Counted from the stretch's first letter, positions 51,909-61,999 are shown. The stretch is DNA of 64,000 nt from an uncultured Dictyoglomota bacterium (GCA_964654465.1 CAZZIO010000040.1:96001-160000), one strand, 5' to 3'. Notes: generated by a model not told the origin, from the sequence alone. Numbers and translations: made by a program.

Positions 51909-51932
51909 TACAAAAACCCCCTTTCATTAATT

Positions 51933-53453
51933 TTAAAGATTGGAAACAAAATCCTCTAAACCTCGAAAGGTTAGAGCCTCAATCAAATGACTTTCTTTAA
52001 TCTCTTCACTACTTTCTAAATCTGCTATAGTTCTTGAAACCTTTATAATTCTATCAATAGATCTCATAGATAATTTCATTCTTTCAGCTGTATTTAATAA
52101 TAAATCCCTAATTCTTGGATTTAGGCTAACATATTTTTTGATAAGTTTTGGAGTTAATTGGGAATTTAAATATATTTTCTCGGATTTATATCTTTCATAT
52201 TGAATCTCTCTTGCTTTTTTTACTCTTTCTCTAATCCTTTCTGATGATTCCTCAAGATTATCATTAAAGATCTTTTCTTTCTCTACTCTATTCACATAAA
52301 CCCTTATATCAATTCTGTCTAAAAGTGGACCTGATACCTTACTCCAATATTTTTTTACATCATAAGGAGTACAAGTACATTCTTTCTCTTTATCACCAAA
52401 ATATCCACATTTACAAGGATTCATACCAGCCACTAAAACAAATTGAGCTGGATATGTAACAGTATACTTAGATCTTGAAATTACAATCTTCCCCTCTTCT
52501 AATGGCTGTCTTAATCCCTCCAAAACATCTCTTCTAAATTCTGGTAGTTCATCTAAAAATAAGATTCCTTTATGGGCAAGAGTAATTTCCCCGATTTGAG
52601 GAGAGACCCCTCCCCCTAAAAGTCCAGCATAAGATATAGTATGATGAGGATTCCTAAAAGGCCGTTTTTGTATTAAAGAATCTTCTACTAATAAACCTGC
52701 AGCACTATATATTTGAGTAACTTCAAAAGCCTCTTCATAAGTCAATGGGGGAAAAATGGAAGAAAAGGCCTTTGCCAAAAGAGTCTTACCTGTACCCGGT
52801 GGACCTACTAAAAGAACATTATGTCCACCAGATGCCGCTACTTCTAATGCTCTTTTAGGTAAATAATGCCCTTTTATAAAAGAGAAATCTTCTTCATAAA
52901 CTGGATTATATTCAGGATATTGAAATTTAACAGGAGATAAATTTATTTCCCCTAAAAGAAATCTCACAATTTGGGAAAGATGAGAAACATGATAAATTTC
53001 AATCCCATCTATTAAACTACATTCAAATTCATTTTCCTTTGGTACAAATACTTTATTGTATCCATTATTTTTCAAACCATATACAATAGATAAAATCCCT
53101 TTTCCTTTTCTTATCCTTCCATCAAAAGCAAGTTCACCTAAGAAAGCAGTCTTTTCATTATCAAAGTGAAAATTCATAAATGTGGAAAGGATTCCTATAG
53201 CAATTGGTAAATCAAATAAGGGTGTATCTTTTTTTAAATCCGCAGGGGCTAAATTTATAGTCACTCTTTTTAAAGGAAATTCAAAACCAGAATTTTTTAA
53301 TGCAGATCTTACCCTCTCCTTAGATTCTTGCACTTCTTGTTCAGCCAATCCTACTATGTTAAAGCTTGGAACTCCAGAAGTAATATCTACCTCAATTTCA
53401 ATATCATAACATTTCAATCCCCATAAAGTAGCAGATTTAACCTTAGAAAGCAT
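51933..53453 (-). CDS. comM: YifB/ComM family AAA+ ATPase (Mg-chelatase-like)
   Basis: TINLAPAD, GPPGTGKT, PFRNPHH, LFLDELPEF, NPCKCG and SGPLLDRID. Confidence 0.92.
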   Translation of the reverse strand: MLSKVKSATLWGLKCYDIEIEVDITSGVPSFNIVGLAEQEVQESKERVRSALKNSGFEFPLKRVTINLAPADLKKDTPLFDLPIAIGILSTFMNFHFDNEKTAFLGELAFDGRIRKGKGILSIVYGLKNNGYNKVFVPKENEFECSLIDGIEIYHVSHLSQIVRFLLGEINLSPVKFQYPEYNPVYEEDFSFIKGHYLPKRALEVAASGGHNVLLVGPPGTGKTLLAKAFSSIFPPLTYEEAFEVTQIYSAAGLLVEDSLIQKRPFRNPHHTISYAGLLGGGVSPQIGEITLAHKGILFLDELPEFRRDVLEGLRQPLEEGKIVISRSKYTVTYPAQFVLVAGMNPCKCGYFGDKEKECTCTPYDVKKYWSKVSGPLLDRIDIRVYVNRVEKEKIFNDNLEESSERIRERVKKAREIQYERYKSEKIYLNSQLTPKLIKKYVSLNPRIRDLLLNTAERMKLSMRSIDRIIKVSRTIADLESSEEIKESHLIEALTFRGLEDFVSNL

Positions 53454-53808
53454 TTGTTATATGCTCCCATTTATCTACTTTCCCTAAAGGAGAAATATAA
53501 ATACTTATAACATCAAACCTTACACCTTTCATTTTCTGAAATCTATTCTTAAATTTTGCCATAAAAACTTCAGCTATCATCCTTATCCTCTCTTGTTTTT
53601 TCAAATCTACTGCTTCAATAGGTAAACCATACTTATTTGATCTTCTTGTTTTAACCTCCACAAAAACTAAAATTCCATTTCTTTCAGCTACAATATCTAT
53701 CTCTCCTAAAGACATTCTTAAATTTCTATATAATATAGAATATCCTTCCTTCTCTAAAAGATTTACAGCAAAATCTTCTCCTAATTTTCCAATATCTTGA
53801 TTACTCAC
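53443..53808 (-). CDS. yraN: YraN family putative endonuclease
   Basis: G..GE, GEIDIVA, FVEVKTR, RFDV and terminal NAF; GTG start. Confidence 0.93.
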   Translation of the reverse strand: MSNQDIGKLGEDFAVNLLEKEGYSILYRNLRMSLGEIDIVAERNGILVFVEVKTRRSNKYGLPIEAVDLKKQERIRMIAEVFMAKFKNRFQKMKGVRFDVISIYISPLGKVDKWEHITNAF

Positions 53809-54416
53809 AAAAGTCTAAATCTCCTTCTGTGGATATCAAGCACTCCTAACGATTTTATCTTTTCTCTATGTTCCTTAGTTGCATAACCTTTATGTTTTCC
53901 AAATCCATAATCAGGATATTTTTCATCAAGAGTCCTCATATATCTATCTCTCAAGACCTTAGCCACGATAGAAGCAGAAGCCACATTCAAACAATACCTA
54001 TCTCCTTTAATCACCGTTTCTTGTGGTATATCTAAATCTGGAATACTAATATTACCATCTACTAAGATATACTCAGGCTTTACCCTAAGGCTGTCTATAG
54101 CTCTTTTCATTGCAAGAAGAGTGGCTTTCAAAATGCCAAACCTTTCTATCTCTTCCACATTAGCAAAACCGTAACTCCAACAAACAGCCTCTTCTTTAAT
54201 CTTTTCAAAAAGAATTTCCCTTTCTTCTGGCTTTAACATTTTGGAATCTTTAACGGTAATATTAGAAAAAGGAGGTAAGATTACAGCTCCAGCATATACA
54301 GGACCTGCTAGGGCTCCCCTACCTGCCTCATCTACTCCCGCTATATATTTGAAATAACTCCAAAGTCTTCTCTCTATGTCTCCTATTTCACCAACCCTAT
54401 TCTTTGGGGTGGCCAT
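53805..54416 (-). CDS. rnhB: Ribonuclease HII
   Basis: GVDEAGRGALAGP, DSK, LVDG, ASIVAKV.RD and HKGY; start uncertain (34 nt overlap with lepB). Confidence 0.95.
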   Translation of the reverse strand: MATPKNRVGEIGDIERRLWSYFKYIAGVDEAGRGALAGPVYAGAVILPPFSNITVKDSKMLKPEEREILFEKIKEEAVCWSYGFANVEEIERFGILKATLLAMKRAIDSLRVKPEYILVDGNISIPDLDIPQETVIKGDRYCLNVASASIVAKVLRDRYMRTLDEKYPDYGFGKHKGYATKEHREKIKSLGVLDIHRRRFRLL

Positions 54417-54946
54417 AAAAGTAACACCGCTTTTCCCACTAAATTTTTCTTAGGTACAAATCCCCAATATCTACTATCCACACTCACAGGCCTGTTATCC
54501 CCTAATACAAAATAACTATCCTTTGGTACTTGTATTGGTCCATAATTATCACTACTTTTATTTTTTACATAATATTCATCTAAAGCTCTACCATTCACAT
54601 ATACTATTCCATTTTTTATCTCTATGGTATCCCCAGGAAGACCTATTAACCTTTTTACATACTCCTTAGTAGGATCTTGGGGGTATTTAAAAACTATAAC
54701 CTCTCCCCTTCTTGGCTCTCTAAAATAATAAGGGATTCTTATAACCAAAACTGCTTCCTTTTCATTTAAAGTAGGTATCATAGAACCAGTAGGAATGTAA
54801 GATATCTGCAATATAAATGTCTTTATTAAAAAGGCTAATATAAAAGCAAATATAATAGTTTCAAGAAGATCGTACCATTCATGCTTCTTCAATTCTTGTC
54901 TCTTACTAAGTATAAGATTCCAAAATTCCAGTAATTTATCCTTCAT
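54383..54946 (-). CDS. lepB: Signal peptidase I
   Basis: [18 protein letters not shown] and LGDNR..S.DSRYWG. Confidence 0.96.
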   Translation of the reverse strand: MKDKLLEFWNLILSKRQELKKHEWYDLLETIIFAFILAFLIKTFILQISYIPTGSMIPTLNEKEAVLVIRIPYYFREPRRGEVIVFKYPQDPTKEYVKRLIGLPGDTIEIKNGIVYVNGRALDEYYVKNKSSDNYGPIQVPKDSYFVLGDNRPVSVDSRYWGFVPKKNLVGKAVLLLWPPQRIGLVK

Positions 54947-55292
54947 TTTCTACCCTCTCAGCAATCTTGGCACTCTTACCTTTTCTTTCTCTTAAGTAAT
55001 AAAGCTTAGCTCTTCTAACCTTTCCTCTCTTTACTACTTCAATCTTTTCCACAAAAGGTGAATGAATTGGAAAAATTCTTTCCACACCTATTCCTTGTAC
55101 AACCTTTCTTACAGTAATAGTTTCTCTAATACCACCATGCTTTTTAGCAATAACAACCCCTTCATACACCTGAATTCTTTCTTTATCTCCTTCTACAATA
55201 CGATAATGAACCCTAACAGTATCACCAGGCCATATTTGTGGTAAATCCTTTTTCATAAATTCTTTTTCAAGATTTTGAATTATAAGATCCAT
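54936..55292 (-). CDS. rplS: 50S ribosomal protein L19
   Basis: PGDTVRV, GVERIFP and [12 protein letters not shown]. Confidence 0.98.
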   Translation of the reverse strand: MDLIIQNLEKEFMKKDLPQIWPGDTVRVHYRIVEGDKERIQVYEGVVIAKKHGGIRETITVRKVVQGIGVERIFPIHSPFVEKIEVVKRGKVRRAKLYYLRERKGKSAKIAERVENEG

Positions 55293-56031
55293 TTTTTACC
55301 TCCTCTCTTAGTTCTCTTTTAATTTCTTCTAACAATGAAAAATCTTCTTCAGAAAGTCTTGTTTTCTGGAGTAAATCAGGCCTTCTAAGTAGTGTTCTTC
55401 TTAAGGCTTCTTTTCTTCTCCATCTCCTAATCTTTTCATGATCCCCAGATAACAATACTTCTGGTACTTTTAAGCCTTCAAAGTCTCTGGGATGAGTATA
55501 ATGAGGATATTCCAAAATTCCCCATTGAAATGATTCTTCTCTTAAAGAATTAGGATCTCCTATAGCCCCAGGAATAAGTCTTACTACTGCATCAACTATA
55601 ACCATAGCAGGAATTTCTCCACCACTTAAAACATAGTCTCCTATGGAAACTTCCCTGGTTATTATAGTTTTTACTCTTTCATCTATGCCTTCATATCTTC
55701 CACATATGATTATTAGATGACTTTTTTGTGCAAATTCTTCTGCCAATTTTTGATTAAAAAGATCTCCTGATGGCGAAAGAAGTATTACTTCTGAATCCTC
55801 TTTCTTTAAGGCTCTCACAGCTCTAAATATAGGCTCTGGTTTCATTACCATTCCAGAGCCACCACCATAAGGGTAATCATCAACTGATCTATGCTTATCA
55901 GTAGTATAATCCCTTAAATTGTGGATAGAAATATCCACCAACCCTTTTTCCTTGGCTCTTTTTATTATGCTTACATTAAAAGGGCCTTCAAACATCTCTG
56001 GAAATATGGTAATAATATCGATCTTTATCAT
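55267..56031 (-). CDS. trmD: tRNA m1G37 methyltransferase
   Basis: [31 protein letters not shown] and LEYPHYT. Confidence 0.98.
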   Translation of the reverse strand: MIKIDIITIFPEMFEGPFNVSIIKRAKEKGLVDISIHNLRDYTTDKHRSVDDYPYGGGSGMVMKPEPIFRAVRALKKEDSEVILLSPSGDLFNQKLAEEFAQKSHLIIICGRYEGIDERVKTIITREVSIGDYVLSGGEIPAMVIVDAVVRLIPGAIGDPNSLREESFQWGILEYPHYTHPRDFEGLKVPEVLLSGDHEKIRRWRRKEALRRTLLRRPDLLQKTRLSEEDFSLLEEIKRELREEVKNGSYNSKS

Positions 56032-56033
56032 AA

Positions 56034-56543
56034 CTAATACTCTTGCATTTTTTTAATAATAATTTTTCCTTCCTTTAGATCTACTTTTACTACTACATCC
56101 TTAATAGCAGGAATACAAATCTCTTCTTCTCCCTCCACCACGAAAACATCATTGCTTCCTGTTTCTAAAATCTCCCTCACAGTTCCCAAATATTTTCCTT
56201 CCAATTCATATACAGGAAGCCCCATTATTTGGTAAGAATAAAAATAACCTTCTGGAAGAACCGGTAAATCTTCTTCTTCTAATAGAAGCCAGTTTCCTTT
56301 TAGTTTTTCTGCATCTGTTCTATTTGTTATTTCAGTAAAATAAACAACAAACCCTTTGTTATGTTTTCTTATATATTCCAATGATAGTTCCTTCTTTACA
56401 ATAAGGGTATCTCCCCAAGACAAATATATCCTTTGTCCCTTCTTTAAATCTAAAAGATAGTCGTAGAAGGGCCATATCTTTAATCCACCTTTTATTCCAA
56501 AAGGCTCTCCTATCTTAGCTATTCTTACCAAACGAGAAGCCAT
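56034..56543 (-). CDS. rimM: Ribosome maturation factor RimM
   Basis: [15 protein letters not shown] and IPA; conserved position. Confidence 0.93.
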   Translation of the reverse strand: MASRLVRIAKIGEPFGIKGGLKIWPFYDYLLDLKKGQRIYLSWGDTLIVKKELSLEYIRKHNKGFVVYFTEITNRTDAEKLKGNWLLLEEEDLPVLPEGYFYSYQIMGLPVYELEGKYLGTVREILETGSNDVFVVEGEEEICIPAIKDVVVKVDLKEGKIIIKKMQEY

Positions 56544-56546
56544 CCC

Positions 56547-56783
56547 TCATTGTAGTACTTCTATGACCACCTTTTTACCCTTCTTAAGACCCGCTACTCT
56601 TATTATCGTCTGTAAAGCCTTAACAGTTTGTCCCTGCTTTCCAATAACTCTACCCCTATCCTCTGGGGCTACTTTTACTTCAAGTATTACTGACTTAGTT
56701 CCTTCTACTTCTCTGACCTCAACCTCTTCAGGTTTCTGAACAATAGCTTTAACAATATACTCTAATAACTCTTTCATTAACAA
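56547..56783 (-). CDS. khpA: KH domain RNA-binding protein KhpA
   Basis: D.GRVIGKQG KH motif between rpsP and rimM; start may be the ATG at 56777. Confidence 0.92.
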   Translation of the reverse strand: MLMKELLEYIVKAIVQKPEEVEVREVEGTKSVILEVKVAPEDRGRVIGKQGQTVKALQTIIRVAGLKKGKKVVIEVLQ

Positions 56784-56792
56784 AAGCCCCCT

Positions 56793-57074
56793 TTATGCAG
56801 AACTTTTAACAGTTCTCTTTAAGGCAAGGAACTTATCCCAAACGCCATACTTCTTGAGCAAACTAAGAACAGTATCGGTAGGTTGAGCTCCTTGACTTAG
56901 CCAATATAATATTCTTTCTTCTTTTAACTGTACAGTGGCTGGATCAGTCTTAGGATCATAATATCCTAAGATCTCTAAATGTTTACCATCTCTTGGTTCT
57001 CTACTATCCATAGCCACTATTCGATATGCTGGACTATTTTTTGCTCCAATCCTTGTTAAACGAATCTTTACCAA
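56793..57074 (-). CDS. rpsP: 30S ribosomal protein S16
   Basis: VKIRL.R.G, YRIV..DSR..RDG and GAQPTDTV; TTG start after AGGAGG. Confidence 0.98.
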   Translation of the reverse strand: MVKIRLTRIGAKNSPAYRIVAMDSREPRDGKHLEILGYYDPKTDPATVQLKEERILYWLSQGAQPTDTVLSLLKKYGVWDKFLALKRTVKSSA

Positions 57075-57102
57075 AATTCTTCACCTCCTTCTTAGATTTA
57101 TT

Positions 57103-58413
57103 TTATCTTAAAAATGGAAAGAAAGATTTTTTACCTTTATTTAATTGTTTTATCAAATCTAAAGTTTGAAAATACTGTTTTAATAATCTATTTACATCTT
57201 GTACTGTAGTACCACTACCTTTGGCAATTCTTAATCTTCTACTTCCATTTATTATGGAAGGATTTCTTCTCTCTTCTGGAGTCATCGATTCTATTATAGC
57301 AAGAAATTTTTTAATTTCCTTTTCTCCTACTTCTGGTTTAATTTTATCTTTTGGTACATAAGGTAACATATCTAAAATCTGATCAAATGATCCTACTTTT
57401 TTGAGTTCTTTAAGTTGTATATAGAAATCTTCAAGATCAAATTTTGACTTTTTAAGCTTTTCTTCTAATTTTGCCATTTTTTCCATTTCAATATTTTTTT
57501 CTATACGCTCAACTAAGGATGTGAGGTCGCCCATTCCAAGGATTCTTGACGCAAATCTATCAGGATAGAAATATTCTAAATCTTCAACCTTTTCTCCTAC
57601 TCCAATAAACTTTATAGGTTTACCTGTTACAGCTTTTATAGATAAAGCTGCACCACCTCTTGCATCACCATCTAATTTAGTAAGAATTACACCTGTAATT
57701 GGTAAAAGTTCATTAAATTTTTCTGCTATATTCACAGCATCCTGCCCTGTCATCCCATCTACTACTAAGAGAATCTCTGAGGGTTCAAAGTTTTTATTTA
57801 AATCCCCTAATTCCTTCATCATCTCCTCATCAATATGTAGCCTACCAGTAGTATCTACAATCATCACGTCTGCCAATCTTTCTTGTGAAAATTTTATCGC
57901 TCCTTCAATTACTTCTTGTGGGGTTTTACCATCTATATAAACCGGTACCTTTATTTTTTCCCCTAAAACCTGTAGCTGTTTTCCAGCTGCTGGTCTAAAA
58001 GTATCTGCGCCTACAAGTACCACTCTTCTTTGTTCCTGCAAAAGCCTATATGCAAGCTTTGCAGCTGTAGTAGTCTTACCAGATCCTTGAAGTCCTACTA
58101 AGAAAATAATCCCTGGTTTTCTACCCCCAAGATTAATATTAGCCCTATCTCCTCCAAGAATGTTTATTAATTCATAATAAAGAATTTTGATAATTTGCTC
58201 AGCAGGTGTAACACTTCTAAAAACTTCTTCCTGTAATGCTTTAGCCTTTACATTATTAAGAAGCTCTTTAACTACTTTGTAATGAGCATCTGCCTCTAAG
58301 AGAGCTTGTCTTATCTCTCTTAGAGCCTCTTCAATATCTTTCTCTGAGAGCCTTCCTTTTCCTCTCAGTCTTCTAAAAATATCCTGCAATCTACCTGTTA
58401 AATTCTCAAACAT
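57103..58413 (-). CDS. ffh: Signal recognition particle protein Ffh
   Basis: GLQGSGKTT, DTTGR, TKLDGDARGG and M domain SMT..ER..P. Confidence 0.98.
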   Translation of the reverse strand: MFENLTGRLQDIFRRLRGKGRLSEKDIEEALREIRQALLEADAHYKVVKELLNNVKAKALQEEVFRSVTPAEQIIKILYYELINILGGDRANINLGGRKPGIIFLVGLQGSGKTTTAAKLAYRLLQEQRRVVLVGADTFRPAAGKQLQVLGEKIKVPVYIDGKTPQEVIEGAIKFSQERLADVMIVDTTGRLHIDEEMMKELGDLNKNFEPSEILLVVDGMTGQDAVNIAEKFNELLPITGVILTKLDGDARGGAALSIKAVTGKPIKFIGVGEKVEDLEYFYPDRFASRILGMGDLTSLVERIEKNIEMEKMAKLEEKLKKSKFDLEDFYIQLKELKKVGSFDQILDMLPYVPKDKIKPEVGEKEIKKFLAIIESMTPEERRNPSIINGSRRLRIAKGSGTTVQDVNRLLKQYFQTLDLIKQLNKGKKSFFPFLR

Positions 58414-58457
58414 CTTTATCTTTCTTCCCCATAAATTTAAATTTTCACACTTAGCAT

Positions 58458-58486
58458 ACTATAGACAATATAGAATTTATTGTCAA
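58458..58486 (-). promoter_or_regulatory. Candidate promoter for the ffh-rpsP operon
   Basis: TTGACA (58486-58481), 17 nt, TATAGT (58463-58458). Confidence 0.75.
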
Positions 58487-58492
58487 TAATCT

Positions 58493-60238
58493 CTATTTTT
58501 CCCAAAAATCTGGAATCTTTTTCCATCTTTCTTTCACGAAATGAGCTGCCATTTTAGGTTGTCTTTGCCTAGTAAATATTCCTTTCCTATTACCAAGAAC
58601 CCTTCTTACTTCTTGTTTTGTCATAAAATCAGCAAAATTCCAAATATGCTCACCTATTACAAAGTCTAATCTATCTAAGGTTTCCATAAAGCGCCTTAAC
58701 ATCTCCCATTGGTATTCTTCAGTAAACATTAAAGGAGGATCACTATGAAATCCAGTAATAGTATCAGCACCAAATTCTGAAAGTATAATAGGTTTTCCAA
58801 ATTTATCATACCAATTTTTCAATTCTTTTTCTAATTGATATTCTATAATATCTAAATTTCCAGAATCAGTATACCAGGAATAATAGCGATTAACACAAAT
58901 AATATCCACATATTTACTTACTTTTGTATCTTTATAAGAAGTACTTTCCACAATTGTTACCGGTCTTGTTGGATCAAGCTTTTTTATCTCCTCTATAACC
59001 TTTCTAAAATATTCCTCAGATTCTTCCTCAAAAGTTGCAGCTTCGTTTGCCACACTCCACATAACAACAGAAGGATGATTTTTATCCCTATCTATCATTT
59101 CTTTTATGACTTGCAGATGGTGTTCTAAAGTCCTTTCATCAATTCGCCCTTTCCTAAAAACCTTATTCTCTGGATTCCATAAATTCATACCAACTGCAGG
59201 TGCTTCCTCTATAACCGCTATACCATACTTATCAGCTAAAAAAAGCACTTCGTCGCTGTAGGGATAATGTGATGTTCTAAAAGAATTAGCACCTATCCAT
59301 TTCAATAAATTGAAATCTTTTATATTTATTACGTGGTCTAACCCTTTTCCTCTTATATCAGAATCCTCATGTTTACCAAAACCCTTAAAATAAAAAGGTT
59401 TATTATTAATTAGAAATCTTTTGCCATCAATCCTTATAGTTCTTATTCCTATATCTAATCTATAGCAATCTATAAGTTTCTTATCTAAAAAAATTTTCAC
59501 TTCAAGTGTATATAAATAAGGATTTCCTGGTTCCCATAAATTAGCATTTCTAACCTCTAACATACCATTAAAAGAATTAGATGAAGCTACTAAATTTCCA
59601 TTTACATCCCTTAAATTTATTATGATATTATCTATTTCTCCCTCTAAACTTACTTTGTATTTTACCAATCCGTCCTTTCCTTTAATATCTGTTTCTAACT
59701 TTATATCTTTTATATAAGTCATCGGGGTTGTATATAACAAAACAGGCCTATGAATCCCCGAATAATTAAAGAAATCAAAATAGTATTCCAATACTTTACA
59801 TTCTTTTGGATGCATCTCATCATTTATTATTTTCAACTCTCCAGGTGGAAGAATATCCCAGCTTAAAGTATTATCAACAGATATTAGTATCTCATTTTCT
59901 CCTCCATATTTTAGTAGAGATGAAATTTCACCCTCAAAAGGCAAAAATCCACCTTTGTGCTCCATAACTTTTACATTATTTACATACACTTCTGAAAAAT
60001 GGGTTGCAGATCCTATTCTTAGGAAGACCCTATTTTCTCTCCAACTAATCGGTATAAAAGTCCTCTTTCTATACCAAACCTTCCCAACATAATCTCTAAG
60101 AGTTATATCTTGAGTTACATCATTGTAACTTGCAGGAACAGGCATGAGAATAAAACTATCTTCCCCATCACGCTTAAAATCCCAAATCCCTGAAAGGTCC
60201 TTTACTTCTCTTGTCTCCGTTTCTATAGGATAAAGCAT
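58493..60238 (-). CDS. uidA: GH2 beta-glucuronidase
   Basis: MLYP N-terminus, DFFNYSGIHR, GFGKHED, FRTSHYP, WSVANE (acid/base), SEFG (nucleophile) and GNRKG (N-x-K motif). Start at 60238 after GGAGG. Confidence 0.93.
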   Translation of the reverse strand: MLYPIETETREVKDLSGIWDFKRDGEDSFILMPVPASYNDVTQDITLRDYVGKVWYRKRTFIPISWRENRVFLRIGSATHFSEVYVNNVKVMEHKGGFLPFEGEISSLLKYGGENEILISVDNTLSWDILPPGELKIINDEMHPKECKVLEYYFDFFNYSGIHRPVLLYTTPMTYIKDIKLETDIKGKDGLVKYKVSLEGEIDNIIINLRDVNGNLVASSNSFNGMLEVRNANLWEPGNPYLYTLEVKIFLDKKLIDCYRLDIGIRTIRIDGKRFLINNKPFYFKGFGKHEDSDIRGKGLDHVINIKDFNLLKWIGANSFRTSHYPYSDEVLFLADKYGIAVIEEAPAVGMNLWNPENKVFRKGRIDERTLEHHLQVIKEMIDRDKNHPSVVMWSVANEAATFEEESEEYFRKVIEEIKKLDPTRPVTIVESTSYKDTKVSKYVDIICVNRYYSWYTDSGNLDIIEYQLEKELKNWYDKFGKPIILSEFGADTITGFHSDPPLMFTEEYQWEMLRRFMETLDRLDFVIGEHIWNFADFMTKQEVRRVLGNRKGIFTRQRQPKMAAHFVKERWKKIPDFWEK

Positions 60239-60275
60239 TAAATCTCCCTCCATAAATATTAAAATCTATTTTAAA

Positions 60276-60284
60276 ATTATACCA
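60276..60284 (-). promoter_or_regulatory. Extended -10 promoter for uidA
   Basis: TGGTATAAT on the minus strand. Confidence 0.6.
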
Positions 60285-60309
60285 AAAATTTAAAAGTTTT
60301 AAGTTTTTT

Positions 60310-60330
60310 ATGTTAAAATATCATTAACAT
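60310..60330 (+). promoter_or_regulatory. Extended -10 (TGTTAAAAT) overlapped by an inverted repeat; candidate ArsR operator
   Basis: ATGTTAA-N7-TTAACAT, 25 nt upstream of the arsR-like start. Confidence 0.5.
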
Positions 60331-60355
60331 TTTTCAAGAAAGGAGGGTATAAAAT

Positions 60356-60664
60356 ATGGAAAACAAAGAAATTTATTCTTATGAAACATTACAAAATATG
60401 AGCGACCTTCTAAAAATATTAGCTCATCCTATAAGAATCAAATTATTACTTCTGCTTTCTAAAGAACCTAATACTGTCTCTGAACTACTTAAGATTTTAG
60501 ATTTAAGACAACCTAATCTTTCTCAACATCTTACTTTATTAAAAAGGATCAAAATATTGAAGACAAAGAGAGAAGGTAAGTCTGTATATTACTATATAGC
60601 TCATCCAGAAATCCAGGATATTATAAGGAAAGTAAAAGAGTTATCAGAAAAAATAGCAAAATAA
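60356..60664 (+). CDS. ArsR/SmtB family transcriptional regulator
   Basis: LAHPIR, TVSEL, Q..LSQHL..L and REGKSVYY; SD AGGAGG. Confidence 0.93.
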   Translation: MENKEIYSYETLQNMSDLLKILAHPIRIKLLLLLSKEPNTVSELLKILDLRQPNLSQHLTLLKRIKILKTKREGKSVYYYIAHPEIQDIIRKVKELSEKIAK

Positions 60665-60674
60665 GGAGAAAAAG

Positions 60675-61349
60675 ATGGGAACAATCTTCAATGCTATTGC
60701 TGTAATAATTGGGGGAACCATAGGAACAATTTTTAAAGAGAGAATTCCTTCAAGTTTACAGAAGTTACTTATGGATGTATTAGGATTAATATGTTTACCT
60801 TTAGGTATGGAGATGGCTATAAAAGGAGAAAAATTTTTAGCATTGGTTTTTAGTATAGTAATAGGAGGTATAATAGGTGAATTAATAGGAATTCATGAGG
60901 GTTTAGAAAAATTTTCAAATATGATAGAAAGAAGGTTTACAAAAGAGAAAAATACATTTGCAAAGGGATTTCTGACTGCAACACTTCTCTATTGTATAGG
61001 ACCCATGACCATAATGGGATCATTACAAGATGGATTAGGACAATCTCCTCAAATTCTCTATACTAAGTCCCTACTAGATGGAACTGCTTCCATAGCTTTA
61101 GCTTCAGCCTTAGGTCTAGGTGTTATATTTTCAGCCATATCTGTATTAGTAGTCCAAGGGAGTATCACTTTATTCGCAAAATTCATCAGTACATTTTTCA
61201 CAGACATAATAGTACAAGAAATGACAGCAGTAGGTGGAGTATTAATATTAGGTATTGCATTAAATCTGTTAAATATTAAGCAAATTAAAGTTGCTAATTT
61301 ATTACCTGCCCTATTTCTTATTCCAATTTTTATACATATTTTTCCTTAA
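60675..61349 (+). CDS. DUF554 (YdfK-like) membrane protein
   Basis: MGTIFN, LYCIGPM.I.GS..DG, KS.LDG, QG and VANLLPAL. Confidence 0.88.
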   Translation: MGTIFNAIAVIIGGTIGTIFKERIPSSLQKLLMDVLGLICLPLGMEMAIKGEKFLALVFSIVIGGIIGELIGIHEGLEKFSNMIERRFTKEKNTFAKGFLTATLLYCIGPMTIMGSLQDGLGQSPQILYTKSLLDGTASIALASALGLGVIFSAISVLVVQGSITLFAKFISTFFTDIIVQEMTAVGGVLILGIALNLLNIKQIKVANLLPALFLIPIFIHIFP

Positions 61350-61987
61350 AATCCTAATTCTTCATTTACTAATACAATTGAAAAAGGTGTTTTAGCTGGA
61401 GGAGCTTCGATAATAGTAGTAATTCTACATATTTTTTTAGGGTGATTACAATCAATGCAATAACCCTCTTCTGCACAAGGAAGTTCAAGTTTTAATCTTT
61501 TTGCATTAAGGGGTGTTACTACGTTCTTAATTCTCCATATAGCGGTTTCCAGATTAATAACTAACTTATTCTTACCTACTACTACAATTACTTTTTTAGG
61601 ACCAAAAATTTGTGCTGCTATCCTATTTCCAATTGCTTCCATATTTACAATCTCCCCTGAAAAAGTCAAAGCATTAACACTGGAAAGGAAAATATCAGAT
61701 AACAACTCTTGTCTTCTTATTTCTAAATCCTCCTCAGGAGATAATCCTTCCTTCCAATGATGAATAACCTTGTTACCTCTTCTCTCTAACTCTTCAATAA
61801 CCCCTATTTCTCTAATAGTAACACTCCCACCTACTCCTACTTTAGCATTTTCAGGTATCATTTTAAGAACTAAATCTCTTGCTTCATGTCTATCATTTAC
61901 TAAAAAAACTTCAAAACCCCTTTCTTTTAAAAGATTTGCTGTTCTTTTAAGTTGTTTCTCTTCTAACCATCCCTTAAGATCCCCCAT
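61346..61987 (-). CDS. LUD-domain (lactate utilisation-like) protein with Cys cluster
   Basis: GGSVT, SSVNALT..GE.VN, GNR, GKNK, PC...GYCIDC....IC and terminal LGF. Confidence 0.82.
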   Translation of the reverse strand: MGDLKGWLEEKQLKRTANLLKERGFEVFLVNDRHEARDLVLKMIPENAKVGVGGSVTIREIGVIEELERRGNKVIHHWKEGLSPEEDLEIRRQELLSDIFLSSVNALTFSGEIVNMEAIGNRIAAQIFGPKKVIVVVGKNKLVINLETAIWRIKNVVTPLNAKRLKLELPCAEEGYCIDCNHPKKICRITTIIEAPPAKTPFSIVLVNEELGF

Positions 61988-61999
61988 AAATAAACCTCC

